Assembly (NCBI GenBank): GCA_013265495.1
Contig: MU058009.1
Span: 2,606,001 to 2,670,000 of the forward strand
Source: Vicugna vicugna
Taxonomy: Eukaryota
DNA length: 64,000 nucleotides
Direction: 5' to 3'
Of this stretch, positions 10,401-24,000 are shown piece by piece; the first letter of the stretch is position 1; each line of letters starts with the position of its first letter. The translations under genes were made by a program, and so were the position numbers. The notes below the pieces were generated by a model. The model was not told the origin of the DNA and did not search any database. It was given only the letters and a program-made list of their open reading frames with translations.

Positions 10401-13400
10401 TCTGCCAAACAAATTCTTAAGTGACTTTGGTATTGATGTCTCACCAGGAAATGTTAGGATGTATTAATAAAATGCACACTGTGCAGAAAAACAACATTGT
10501 GGCCTATATAGCATGTGAAATATTGTGCTCAGTTCTGGAGTCTGCATTTTTAGAGGCTGATTGGTAAACTGGTATGTATACAGATGTATAAAGAAGGTAA
10601 CAAGGTCTGGTAACAATGTTGCATGGAAAATGGTTACAGAAATGAGTCTCTTTACATTAAAGACTTTAGAATGAGGAGGGCAGGATGGGAAATGACAACC
10701 CTCTTCACATACGTGATGAAGATCAACTCAATAAAGTCAAAATGTCTAATCATAGAACTGTGAGTTTCTCCATCCTTCCGTTACAGACATCATAGAAAGA
10801 AGTTCTGTACAGAGTAGAAAGTTACCCAATATATTCACACACTTCAAGCCTCTCAAGCTGAGTAATTTCACATCCACTTTTCTGAAAAGCAAGTACTATA
10901 TAGAAATCACCAACAATAAGAAGTTTTAGTGCAAGCAGTTCCCAGCACTTAGGTTTTTTATCATCATTTTGTATTTTCTGCGCTGAAGGCAGAGGAAATC
11001 ACTCAAAGAAGCACCAAACAACAACTCTGAAAAAAAATGCGGCTTCATAGCCACAGTGTAGGGGCAGAACAGCCCAAGGAACAGGATGATGCCTTTCAGA
11101 TGAAGACTCGGGGCCAACAACAAATATAGGAAGGTAAACAAACAGGCAGGGCCACATGCAATAACTCCTCCAAAAGCGTTTTGCAGCTAGAGGCAGCTTT
11201 TCTGCAGAGCTAATGAAGATTAAACTCCAGGACCACCTTTTTGCCCCAGTATCCTCCCAGGCTCCTGCAGGGACCCTAAAATTTTCATGTTTGTCCTTAC
11301 GGGGGCACCCAAGATTGTATACGTTTTAGACCTTACAGAACTTGTTTCCTCCAAGCTGGTAAGCCACTTTACCAGCAAAACAAAATGTAGCACATTTGTC
11401 GTGTGTTTAAAGTTATTTTTTCAAACCTTGTACTTCAGCCACACCTACATACCCAGGTTGTAATCAGTTAAGTCAATATTATTTTTGAAAACAAAAAATG
11501 TTTTCCATGAATCCTCCAGGGCCAGGTTCTTTTTTATGTCTAGATCCTGCTTTGGCATTATTGAAATTTGGGGGCCCTGTGTTGATTTGAAGTACTTCAT
11601 ATTTTTGTCTGTTTGACTTGCTTAAAAATCAGATCTCATTTTAGTTTAGACCAGTAAGAGGTATAAGAAAGGCTTTATAAATCAAAATATTTAAATCTTA
11701 ATTGCCTACTCATGCGATGAAGGTGAAACTCATGTAAAGTTAAACCTGTTCTTCTTCTAGAAGAGCATCCTTCTGAGAAGAGATTCCACCTGCTCAGCGT
11801 CAGTGGCAGAGGGAACACAGAAGACTTCTAAGCAGGAGAGAAAGGTGGATGGCTAGGTAAATTTCTAATCCCTCTCCAGTCACATTTTTATAGAGTGGCT
11901 TCTCTGTTTATTAACAGAAGTGTGATTTTACAGACCATCACAAATGCAAGCCAAAAAGAATGGCCAGCCATGGATACATTTTCCTTGTATCCATCCAGGG
12001 ATTTATTAGGCGAATGCTTTCTGGTATCTGGTAGTGAGCTGGTTAGCATGATTCCAGCAGAAGACCTGAAGTCTCTGAGTAGCACAAACCAACACTCAGT
12101 TTCCTTCTTTGTTGGTGACTGGTTTTGGTTGTGGGTGAGCTATTTAACTTCTCTGAGCCTCGGTTTCCTCGTGGGCAAAATGAGTGTAATATTCATCTCA
12201 CAAATCTGAATGGTCTCTCTTGCATGATCAGTTTCTCCCCTTCCCCAGTGGCTTCTCATCAATGACAAACAGCAACAACAGCACAACAACAAAACCCTCC
12301 ACCACAACCGCACGAGAGCTGCTAGTTCATTCTCTCAACGGGAAACCTCTTGGAGGAGACGGCCGTACTTGTTAGCTCTTCCTCCCCAGCCACTGAGACC
12401 TTCACTTCCCGCACGTAGCTTTTAAATGTACAAAGAAATGACCAGTGACCAAGTTCAATGGCCTCCAAGTTCAGTGATCCTTTCTCAGTCTTGGAATTGG
12501 AATTCCCTGGAGAACTTAAAAAAAAAAAAAAAAGAAATTGAATTCCTTATGCCACTAGCCTTAGTGATTCAAAATTTCTGAGGTAGGAGCTGAGGAATTT
12601 GCCTTTTCATAAAACTTCTTGTTGATTTGGAAAAGCATTCTGATTTGGGAGCAACTACTCTAGCCGGATTTACTTTACCTGAATAGGTGTTGGATGAGTA
12701 AGTGTCAAGTGGATGAGAAGATGCTGCTCATATAAAGATACACTTAAGGATATAAACTACTTTTTCCCCCCAAAATGAAACATGCATATCTTAAGTGTAC
12801 ATGAAAGGTAACTTAGGTGAGAGTGTGACTCTTAAGAAGATAGGAAGCAAGGGGTTATTTTAGGCTTTTTCCTTTGTGCACAAAGGGTAATAAACTGAAA
12901 ACAGTACTCTTCAAAGGACTTGCTCACTGACATGAGCACATTTAGGATGAAAAATTATTCTTTGAGAATTCCAAGATGAGGCATGTTCCTGTGAGTGTCA
13001 CTTAACAAAAAGGGGGTAGCAGTTTAAAGTCAAGAACATTGATGAACAGGGCAACGAACTTCTTATTAATGATCCTTCAGTGAACTGAAAATGCAAATAA
13101 ACTTCTCTCAGGACCTAATTAATTTTAGGCAGAAAACACCCTAAATCATTTTTCTATATTTCCCTGCCCTGTCTCATGATGTCAGAGCCCCGCCTTGAAA
13201 ACACAGTCCCCAAAGTGTGAATACTGAGGCCACTGTGCTGAAGTGAAGGAACTTCATTTGCTTTTCTCTTAGCATTTAGATTCACAGAAACTTAGACGCC
13301 TCTGAGTTTGAGTCCCTGACTTTGTGGGTCAGAACCAGGTTCCAGAGGGTCTGCAGGACTCATCCAAGGCTCTACAACAGAATTAGGACTTCCGGTCACT

Positions 13401-13579
13401 TGACACCGTTTCCACACATATCTTCCCAAAAACTTGCACTTCATGCTTTTCACTACTATACATTCATTTTTCACTGAGTCACAGAAACTGGTGAAATAAC
13501 ACAGGTTTTTAATATTGACACTTGACAGAGAAGGAAAGGCAGTCCAAATGATGAAGTGCTTGCCCACGGTTATGAAGCT

Positions 13580-13925
13580 GCACTAGTCAGCTTGGGCGGC
13601 CGTAATGAAATATCCCAGACTGGGTGGTTTAAACAGCAGGAATTTCTTTCTTACAGTTCTGGAGTCCAGGAAGTCCAAGAGCGTGGGTGGCCAACTTGGT
13701 TTCCCGATGATGAGAGTTGTCTCCTCACACGGGTGGGGATGGGATGGGAGCCAAGCTCTCTGGTCTCTTCTTATCAGGGCACTAATCCCCTCTTGAAGGC
13801 CCCATCCTCATGAACTCATCTAACCCTAATTACTCCCTAAAGGTTGCATCTCCAAATACCATCCCACTGGGGAGACAGGACTTCATACACATATGATGGG
13901 GAGGACACAAGTCAGTCCATAGCAA
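13580..13925. mobile_element. MaLR LTR (MLT1A-like solo LTR)
   Basis: cagactgggtggtttaaacagcaggaattt...acagttctggag...ctaaccctaattactccc...cagtccatagca. Confidence 0.8.
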
Positions 13926-15199
13926 CAGTTTCAGAACTAGGACCAGCACTCAGCAGAACTGGTTTCAGTGACGCTGCACACACACATGCTGGGGTCTCCA
14001 GGGTGAAGGGCCCTGCAGTACGACAAATTCATGTCTGGTCAGTGGCAGAAGAGAGCTATAGAAATAAACAGGGGAGCAAGCGCACAATGTAAAACGACAT
14101 TCCGGGAATTCAGAAGCAGAAGATTTTACCTTCAGGCGAGTAGAGGAAGACAAAAATGTTTTCAAATTGTAAATATTGGACCGAGGACAGTGCAGGCATG
14201 GGGGAAAGGTGCGGGCTGGCTTTGGGGAATGGGGTGGAGCCTGTTCCCCCGCAGGAACCGGCATGTAACGCAGTGGGGCTGGGAAACCCAGCGTTCTTCT
14301 GGTGGCCGCTCTCTGTGTGCTCTGTGGACACTGTCTCTTCCCTCTTACTGTCTGTTCTCGGGGTAGAGACCCTGTTCTCTACTTACTTGGAAACTAGCAA
14401 GCACTCTGCGGAGGGTGGTTCATAAATCACGCGGCTACTGAAAGGAAACAAAGCCAGGGGCGCTGCAGCCTTGGCGGGGCCGTGCCAGCTGTGAACCGGG
14501 CAGCGGGACCTTTCCCAGCTGAAGTGGAAATGTAATGGAGCAAGAAGGCAGAGAGAAGCAGGTCTCTTGCTAGTGATCGTAAACTGATGAAAGAAAAATG
14601 ATCTTTTCCTGAAACACATGAGGAAGGGGACCTGGGCTTTGAGGTCAACGTGGACCTTGCACCACTGGTCTCCGGCAGGAGGCAGCGATACCTGGCTCGA
14701 GTGGCCGCTGCGAAGGAAGAGTAAGGATGAGGCCTAAGGAATAGGGGTCAACAGGGTGGAAACACGGCCAGGAGCGGCGAGGAAAGGGCAGCGCTGGAAA
14801 GGGGCGCGCCCTGCGCGGGGGTCGGAGCGGAGGGAAGCTGCTTCACGGCAGCCCTTCCTCTGCCCAGAGGGCCTTCTATAAACCGGCCTGGACTCCGAAG
14901 AATTCATCCTGTTTTTTTTTCCTGTTTTTAATAAAACCGTTTTCAGAACCGAAAAGAGGGCGGTACCCAAAGGAATCTGGAAAATACCCCGCAGGGGTGG
15001 GGAGCGGGGCGTGCCCATATCAGGCGGCTGCAGGCGAACAGACCAGCGCAGTGCGGGCAGACACCCGCGCAGGGCGATGCAGCCCGGGGCGCGCCCCCGC
15101 CGGTGCCGAGCCGCGGCCGCCCACGCACCCACGCACGCCCCACGCACACCCCACGCACACCCCACGCCCAGCCCCGCGCACCCGGGCCGGCAGGGCCCG

Positions 15200-15390
15200 G
15201 GGGGCGGGGCGCCAGCGGCCGGGGGCGGGGCCTGGAGGGGGCTCGCGGCTGGGGCGGTGGGAGGGGCGGGCTCTTCCGTCCCTTGATTGGGCCTGAGCTG
15301 AATAAGGGGCGGTGTCTTAGGGCCGCTCTGCGGGCGAGTATTGGGGGCCGGAGATGGAGGGCGTGGTTTTGTGAAGTCAGTTCCGGTTGG
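15200..15390 (+). promoter_or_regulatory. Apparently TATA-less proximal promoter: Sp/KLF GC boxes, inverted CCAAT, ETS-like site
   Basis: GGGGCGGGGC at 15201 and 15222, GGGGCGG at about 15251, 15263 and 15306; GATTGG at 15285-15290; TTCCGG at 15381-15386; 130-320 nt upstream of the ATG. Confidence 0.7.
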
Positions 15391-15517
15391 TGTAAAACCC
15401 CCGGGGCGGCGGCGAACGGGCTTCAGATGCTTCTGGGTCGCGGCGGGGAGAGCGTTGTAATCTCTGTGTGTGTGTGTGTGAGCTTGAGAGCCGAGCGCTA
15501 GAGCGACCCGGCGAGGG

Positions 15518-15622
15518 ATGGCGGCCACCGGGACCGCGGCCGCCGCGGCCACGGGCAAACTCCTGGTTCTGCTGCTGCTCGGGCTCACGGCGCCTGCCGC
15601 GGCGCTGGCTGGCTACATTGAG
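15518..15622 (+). CDS. APLP2: APLP2 coding exon 1 (signal peptide)
   Basis: GGGATGG Kozak context; translates [35 protein letters not shown]; donor GAG|GTGGGG; 105 nt, phase 0; inside CpG island. Confidence 0.97.
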
Positions 15623-15713
15623 GTGGGGACCGGGCAAGCGCCCGAGCCCAGTCTCCTGCGCCCGCCGGCAGAGCGCGGCCTGCGGCTGGCGGGCCGCGGG
15701 GGCCGGGCCGGGC

Positions 15714-15807
15714 NNNNNNNNNNNNNNNNNNNNNNNNNNNNNNNNNNNNNNNNNNNNNNNNNNNNNNNNNNNNNNNNNNNNNNNNNNNNNNNNNNNNNNN
15801 NNNNNNN
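15714..15807. other. Assembly gap (94 N) in GC-rich intron 1
   Basis: Run of N. A second gap of 16 N lies at 5081-5096 inside a (TA)n repeat. Confidence 0.99.
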
Positions 15808-18282
15808 CCCCCGCCCGCCCCTGCTTAGCACAGTGCTTAGCGCTGGAGGTCGGGCTGCGTCCGCCGCCGCAGAGGCCAAATGAAAGGCATCGGGGTTGCG
15901 GGGGGCGGCGGGCCGTCTGAGCCACCCCCAGCCCCCATCCCGCCCGCGGCGCCGCCACATCCTCTGGGGACCCCGCGCCGCTCCTGAACGCCCACCCGCC
16001 TCCCCCGGGACCGCGCGAGCTTCTTGCCGTGCGCCCCGCGGCCCCGCGGCGGCCCGCAGCCCCGGACCCGGTGCTGCTGGGCTCGCTCCGGGGCGCCCCG
16101 CAAACCCCAACCCCGGGCTGGAGCTGGCGGCGCGCTCTCCGCGCGGTGCCGGGGCTTCCCACCGGGAAGCGGTGGACGCGGCCTTTGTTGGCGTGGTGGG
16201 CCGGGCCGTGGGGAAGCGCCGCGGTGCCGGGGCGAGCGCCTCTCGGGCTGCACGGAGCTGGCTCCCGCACCCCGCGGCGGGTGTGCCTCCTGCTTCCTGC
16301 GGGCCTCCCTCCCAGATCCACCGCTCTGGCACCGGGCCTTCGGGAGGGATTGTTAAATATAGCAGCTTGCCCGAGTCTGATAAACAAGGGGAGAGCCCTC
16401 TCTGCCGTCGCTCCCTTTGGTAGTGGGTTTCCGCGAGTGGGTACGGTGCCCGTGAATACGTTGTGAAAACTCTCTTGTTTAACCGTACTTTTTTAGTGTC
16501 CAAATTTAATAGTTTTTCTGCACCTGATAACCGCGTGAACATCGCTGTACCTCGAGGTGGTTGCGTTGCCCGCGCTCCTGGGGACTCGCTGGGGTCCGGG
16601 CAGCGGGGACAGGCCGGTGGCTGGGGTCCGTGGGTCCTGCCGCGTGGCCTGGCCACTGCCGCTTCAGGGAAACCTTTCTATTCCTGAGGGAGACGAGGGA
16701 CTTTTTTACTTGCCCTCTCGAAATAGTGCTTGAACTGTCGGACTGAAATGCGTATTTCTGGTGCAGTTTATTTCCCCTCTTCACTGTTTTAAAAATTACG
16801 ACGGATTTCTGCGCATTTGGCTAATTTCAGAGAGAAGTGATACTGGATTTGATTACATAGGCATTGACCGAGAAGTTTCTAATAAAAACACCAGGTTAGA
16901 ATATGTTCTTCTGAGGAATGTTTAAACATTTCCACGATTAGAATAAATCTAATCAAGAACAAGCCTCCGATGGAACGGCTTAAAACGTTTGTATTCATTC
17001 TGCTTAAAGCTTTGATCCTTTAGGGAGAAAAAAAGGAAGTTTTAAGTAGAAATAGTTACTGTTTATATACGCGTTCTTTTAGACTAGGGTTATTTTAGTT
17101 TCCACACGATGGTTGGTTAGCTTTACATTTGTGATTCCTGCAGGAAGGCAAGCTAAACCAGTGAGCTGGGAGGGGAAGGAAAAAAAGGATTTTGTATGGA
17201 ATGTAGTTTTAACTCTTAGGTCAGGGTGTCAAAAACCATTGTTCACACGATTTTACCTCGCTTCCCGGGGGTATGAGTAATTTCAAGCACTAGTGAATTC
17301 ACAAAAAAGGGTTCATCAATTTTAAAGAACATCATCTTTTCAGGTTTGAACAGAATAGTAACACTCGTATTCCTGCAGAGAAAGAGAAATTAACAATGTC
17401 AGAATCAGGTTTTGTGGATTAAATTTATTACCCACATCCTAGTTCAATTGAAAAGTCTGGCTAGACAGAAAGTAGGAAATTTGGTATTTCCCTAAAGTGG
17501 TTTTTGAATGCCATTTTATGTAACTTCTGCTATTTGGAACTGTATTTTTGCCTACAGTTAATAAATTATCTTTCAAATAGTTTTTCCTTATGTCAAGCAG
17601 GCAGAATTTCATTCATATGTATATAATTTTATTTTGTTTATTTGCTTTCAGGCAGAAGCCTGCCTAAGCCTTAATTTAGATGAGAATGGCCTAAATCAGG
17701 ATTGTCTTTGGGACAGACCTTATTGAGATTAGCCAAAGGGATTCTGGCCAAATCCCTGATCAAATTGCTTGGCACAGAATTATTGATTGGCGAATCTTGA
17801 ATGTTGCTTGGTGTTGACTGAATTAATCTCTTACACCTGTTTAAAAGGAAAAAAAAAATCTCTGTGCTCAGGGTCACTTCCTCTGTTAAATCCGAGACAA
17901 GTTCTGTTGTGGGCATGCTCCCACTGGGAATTCTCAGACAGTATTTGTGCTGAAATTCTGCACTCTGTACAGTGGACACTGAGGCTTCTGAGAGCTAGAA
18001 CTCGAGTTCATTCTGTCACGTTTCAAAGTAAGTGGGCCCTTCGGTAGCCAATTTTCAGGAAACTCAAAGTGTGACAGCAGAGGTGGAGGATCAAGAAGCC
18101 GTGAGTCGGCATGTGAGTGATGGTAGAAGGGATGTCCGATTATGGCCTGGATGGATATCGATGCTTCTGGTAGGAACTTCCGTCTTTACTTATCATTATC
18201 TATGTTAAAACTAGTTTGATGAATATGGTGAGTTGAATCTTAGCCATCAGGCCCTCCTTTTGTAGCACTCAATTCCTCTGAA

Positions 18283-18755
18283 GCTGGGCTGCCCCACAGC
18301 ATAGCTACCTGTCCGGCTACTGAGTTTGCAGTGTGGCTATTGTGATGGAGACATGAATTTTCCATTTTGTTTAATTTTAATTAATTTACATTTAAAAACA
18401 AATACTCCATTCAGTGTTTGGAAGACTTTGGACTATGTTTGAAACAACTTGGTACGTGAATCTACTTCCTGAACTACGTTGTATGACATCTAAATGGCAT
18501 ATCAGATATTTCCTGTGAAAGTTTAACATCTGAATTGAGATATACTCTTAAGTGTAAAATGCATGCCATATTTTGAAGACTTAATGTGAAAAAACTTGTA
18601 AAATAACTCATTTATAATTTTTATATTGATTACATTGATGGTAATATTTTGCACATTGAGCAAAATATATTAAAATTAGTTTCACTTGTTTCTTCTAATT
18701 AATGTGTCTGCTAGAAAATACAGTGTATATGACTCATATTTCTGCTGGACAGTGC
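18283..18755. mobile_element. hAT-Charlie (MER33/Charlie1-like) DNA transposon relic
   Basis: ttaattttaattaatttacatttaaaa...tctgaattgaga...ttaagtgtaaaat...ctgctggacagtgct terminal pattern. Confidence 0.65.
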
Positions 18756-21002
18756 TAATTTAATTTTTTGCTTAAGGCTGGTGCTGCATGTTTTTATTGG
18801 CACAATTTTTTAGTATGTTGCTATTTTTCCCCCCAATAAAGTCTTGCTTGAAGTTGGTCCAGCATAGTCTTAAGAACAATTCTGAATTTTTTAATGTAAT
18901 TTTTTCCATTAAAATTTTTATTTAAAAGTAATTTCATGCATACGGAAAACTGCAAAAATTGTACAACTTTTTATACCCTTTATTTACCCAGATTCATCAG
19001 TTGTTAACATTTCCCCTATTCAGCATGTGCTTTATCATTCATTTTGTTATTATGCATTTTTTGCTGAGTTCTGAGAGTAAGTTGCATGCATCATGCTCCT
19101 TTATTCCTGAAAGCTTAAGTGTGTATTTCCAAAGAACCAAGGACATTGTCCTATGTGACCTTAGTATAGTTATCAGCTTGAGGAAATTTAACGTTGATAC
19201 AATACTTTGATCAAATCTACTGTCTGTATTCCATTTTGTCAGTTGAACCAATAATGTTCTTTATAGCATTTGAAGACATATTTTTTTAATTTAAAGAGCT
19301 TTAGAGTTATTGGCAATAATATGTGAAAGTAATACGTTATTTTTTCCAAATATAAAAATCATATTTGTAACTTACCTGATACTGTTTTGACCCTGCAAAA
19401 TCAAAACTTAAAAACCTTTCAAGATTCTTTAATTACATTACTCACCCTTACTGACTTCTTGGGCTTTTGCGTTCTTTTTAAAATAGTAGAAGAAAAATTG
19501 TATAGATAGTGCATGTTCATTGAAAAGTTAAAAAAGTGCATATAAACAATAAGAAATGGAAAATAGTCTGAAATCATGTTATCCAGCAAAATCTCACTCT
19601 AAATGTTCTGGTGGCACATGTCCCTCTAGAGCACCAGGTGCATAATTGTATAAAAGTGACATGTATTGCATGGTTTTCTCTCTTTTTTTTTTTTTTAAAT
19701 TGAAGTATAGTCCATTTACAATGTGTCAATTTCTGATGTATAGCATAATGTTTCCGTCACAGGTATAGGTACAGGTACATACAATCTTTTTCATTATAGA
19801 TTAGTACTAGATATTGAATATAGCTCCCTGTGTTCTGCAGTATAACTTTGTTGATTATGTTTTATATATGGTAGTTAGTAATATATTGCATATTGAAGCT
19901 GGTACCTAACAGTTATTATTTCAAATTGTCCTAAAATGAACTACTGAAATAAAATAGTTTTCTGTGTGATAAAAAGTAGGGATAAATTTTTGTACAGTAA
20001 TTGCAGAGTCTGTGGAGGGAGGCCATTTGAAAATTCAAAATCGCCCACAATCCAATTTTCCTGAGTTGTTTTTTAGTGAGATAAACTAGATTACCTTGAC
20101 TCTTAATTAAATTTAGTCTAGTGTACCTTGATTTATGGCCTGAGATGGAAAGTGAACCATGTAGGTACATTCAAATAGAAATGAGTTACAGTCCTTTATC
20201 GACTACAGCTAATAACTGCTTTTTGCTCAGAGAAGTTTTCTTCCATAAGCATCGCACAGCCTTTTTTTAATGAGATCTTGTTAAAGGTAGCTATGATCTA
20301 TCTTTAAAATAAGACTTTTCACTTGTTACTCATCCCCCTAGTGTTTGTTGAACACTGTTACGAGGTTCTGTGTTAGACACTAAACCGTGGAGTAATGAAG
20401 CAAACATGCAGAGTGCCTTTTCCTCTGCACAGGGCACTTGCATGTAATTTCTCGGCCCCACCCCAGAGATTCTCCCTGGGTACCTCTGGGATTCTCATTG
20501 TCACGAGCTCCCCAGGTGATTCTTCGTGCAAGTAGAGAAAAACAAACTCCAGCAAGCAAAGAAGCCAGCATAACTCATTTGGGTGCATTATATAAGTCCC
20601 TGATGAAAATCTGGTGAAGTCGTATTCCTATATGCACCTAAAAAGGGAGTCAGGAGTGGCCAAGGGTTTGAGGTCATGCAGCAGGGCTGGGGTAAGACTC
20701 TGTCCTAATCTGAGTCTATAGATCTTTTTTCTGCATCAGGGTGTTTCGTAATACTTCTCTTTAGGTTGCATATTTCTTTTTACTCCTATTTACCTGTCTT
20801 CTCCACTACCAAAAAACCTGATACGACTATTTTCTTTAAATGAAAGTAATTTCATAGATGCTGCAATGTATCATGAATCAGTATATAGTGAACTGTGTTA
20901 TCTTTGAAGGATGTAATTACAGGGCACTTTGCCTTTTTGCATTTTCCATGGATTTTTATAAAGATGTCTAATGCTTTTTTTTTTAAATGCGAGTTCCCTG
21001 TT

Positions 21003-21034
<32 letters not shown>

Positions 21035-22479
21035 TTTAAAGTAGTAAGCTTGTTCATCTTTGGATTCTGAAAAAAAAACTTTTAAGAAAAGAAACTGTGA
21101 CCACCTGTGGGGAGTCTTATCAAAATCAGTGTATGGGGTTATTTGGAAGAGAAAGGTTACTGGCACCAGATTCACCGTCACTGGCCTAGTTGACAGACAC
21201 TGTTAGGAGGAGGCTGAAACAGTAACCAGGATGACCGGAGTCAGATTTTGGTCTAGAAAAAAGCGTTTGCGGTGGGGCACCTGCAGTGTGGGCTCAGCAA
21301 GCAGCACAACCTTCTCTGATGCAACATCCAGAGGCGCACGGGGCCTTCTCAAAGCCCATCAGCACGAGACCCCTCGAGTCTTACTGGACAGATTTATATT
21401 GGGTGCTTCCAGCCAAACCAGGCGTGGGCAGGGGGATTGTAATGCAGTGATAGACTTGGACCACACGTTGGGTTCTGTTGGAAAGGAGGGCTATGGATGT
21501 TGGGTAGATAACAACCTAACATTGGCCACAAGGGCATTCTCCACTTGGGAGGTTATACAGCGGGCTGGCTAGGAAGAAAGAACTAATTTATTCTTCCCTA
21601 AATTATCTGTTGAATTGAAAGTTTGCTGATGAAATTGAGACATCAGAGGAACTTCTCACACAGTTTACTAGGATCTCGGCACTTCATTTGAGGAGATACC
21701 GCCATCCAGGATGGAATGGCTGGAATGGGGAAATATATGGAAAATTTATAAGGGAGATATATTTAGCCTAGAGAAGAAGAAAACATGGGATTTGGTGTTG
21801 GTGGTGAGGAGCATAAGCGTTTTCAGATTTTTGTGTGTGGGCTCTGGAAGGCTACATAGATGACTTGCCCAGGCAGAAGCACAGTTTTTATCTGGAGAGA
21901 TGATCCAGTAAGAGTGTAAAGTGTGTAGGACCTTTTATTTGATTCCTCTTAATTGTGAACATTACCAGCATAGTACAGTAAATATATAAAAACCTTACTT
22001 ATCTCCACCACCCAGCTTTGTTAAATTTTAACACTTCGCATATTTGCTTTAGCCTTTGGTTTTTTTTTAAAGAACTAAAACATTATAGATAGAGAAATAA
22101 AACATAATAGAAAGGCCTCCTGTGAACTTACCCCCACCCTATTAACCTTCCTTTCTGGGAAGTAACTCTTGTCTTGAGTTGGGAATTCAGCATTTCCATT
22201 CATGTTTTCATGCTGAGAGAGAACCCTTTCATCTCTTTGGATTCCAAAGAAGCTTGCCCGAGCTCTTAGAGTTGTAATAAATATTTACTTATCAGTTCAG
22301 AATTTGAGCACATTAGGATGATTTCAGAAAGTAAGAATGCTGAGATATTTGAACTGAAAGTAAAGATTTAGCACCGTACCCACCCACGAAGGTGCCAAGC
22401 GTACAAGATCCCATTGCAGCCCTCCCGACCCACATCTAAAGTGTTTTTAAGCCTTTAAAATTTAAATACACAAAGGAAA

Positions 22480-23340
22480 AAAATTTACAGCTCAGTGTAT
22501 TTTTCTAAAACAGGTGCTTGGGTAACCAGTGCCAAAGTCAAGAAGTGGAAAGTTCCCATCCCCCACCACCCAGTAACCGTCACCCTGATTTTTATGGTGG
22601 TTAAGTCTTGCTTTTCTTTACAGTTTTACCACCAAAGCATTCGTACCGAAACACTGTAGTTTAGTTTTTCCTGTTTTCCAGCTTTGTATGAAGAGAATCC
22701 TTCAGTATGTGTTCTTAAGCATCTGGTCTCTTGCACCACACATTGCTGAAGGTCATTTGTGCTGTTGTGTGTGGCTGTGGGTCCCTTGTTCTTTGTTGTA
22801 TAGTATTCCAGAGCAAAAGAAACCACAGATTGTTTTGTTGACGGACCTTTGGAATGTTCCCAAGTTTCAGGTTCTTGAAATATTATGTGTGTCCTCTGTG
22901 CAGCTTTAGAAGTTCTTAGTTTTAATGTCTACTTTATCAGTTTTTAAAAAAATTTATGGTAGGTGCTTTCTGTGTCCCATGTGAGAAGATTTCCCCACCC
23001 TGAGGACGTAGTTCATCTCCTACGTTGTCTGCTAGGAGCCTTTTGTTTTGCCTGTCACATCGGGAGCTACAGTTTACCTGGAACTGATTGTTGTGTAGGT
23101 ATGGAGTAGTGGTCTTTTTATTTTTATCTTTTCCCTGTGGCTGTCCAGCTTGCACCCATTATTGTCAAGGTCATCCGTTCCCTCCTGTTCTCCCGTGCCA
23201 CCTTTGTTGCTAATTAGTACTCAGTGTGGGTGAGTCGTCGTTGAAAATGTTAGGATATCCTTTTTTATGGATGAATAATATTCTACTGTATGTATATTTG
23301 TGTGTGTGTATTTTCTTTGTTCACCTATTAATCGACACTT
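22480..23340 (-). mobile_element. Old L1M fragments
   Basis: Degenerate antisense L1 3' UTR/ORF2 phrases, e.g. gaagatttccccaccctgagg...ctggaactgattgttgtgtaggt. Confidence 0.55.
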
Positions 23341-23651
23341 AGGTTGCTGTGTTTATCCCCTTTAACTCCTTTGAAAGTGGTTATTTACTTCTCTCTCATT
23401 ACTTTGGAACGTATTTATATAATCTTTTGCTATCCCTTTAGTGGTTACTTTAGACATTTCAGTCTCTTTCACTTATCATTGTCTTACATTAGTTGGTACT
23501 TTTACCCTCTTCTTGTACAATAGAAGGGCATTAAAACACTAACTCTATTTAACCCCCCTTAACATTTTTGCCATTGTTGGTATGTATGTTAATTTCATTT
23601 AAACTCCAGAAGATCTCACACAAGCCATGTTTTATACAATCAAATGAATTT

Positions 23652-24000
23652 GGATCAAAAAAAAACCCAGACAAATGAACTTAAATATAAAACAGAAACA
23701 TACCCACAGACAGAATACAAACTTATAGTTGCTGGGGGTGGGTAGGTAGGAAGGGATCAACTGGGAGTTCGAGATTTATAGATACTGACAGGTATATATA
23801 TATATATGTAAAATAAACAAATTTATACCGTATAGCACAGGGAAATATATTCAAGATCTTATAGTAGCTCATGGTGACAAAGAATATGAAAATGAATATA
23901 TGTATATTCATGTATGATTAAAACGTTGTGCTGTACCCCAGAAATTGACACAACATTGTAAACTGACTATAACTCAATAAAAAAAGTAATAAAAATTTGA
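23652..24000 (+). mobile_element. L1 3' end with target-site duplication
   Basis: acaaatgaac...gtatagcacagggaaatatattcaa...actgactataactcaataaaaaaa; flanked by aaatgaattt at 23642 and 24001. Confidence 0.85.

Larger units (their letters stand above)
14650..16700. promoter_or_regulatory. CpG island spanning the APLP2 promoter, exon 1 and start of intron 1
   Basis: Abrupt rise in GC and CpG density against AT-rich, CpG-poor flanks; boundaries approximate. Confidence 0.92.

Noticed and set aside
14734..16656. Long overlapping ORFs (284, 336, 347 aa and others) on both strands
   Set aside because: Pro/Arg/Gly/Ala-rich products of stop-poor CpG-island DNA; several run through the N gap. Only 15518-15622 is a recognisable exon.
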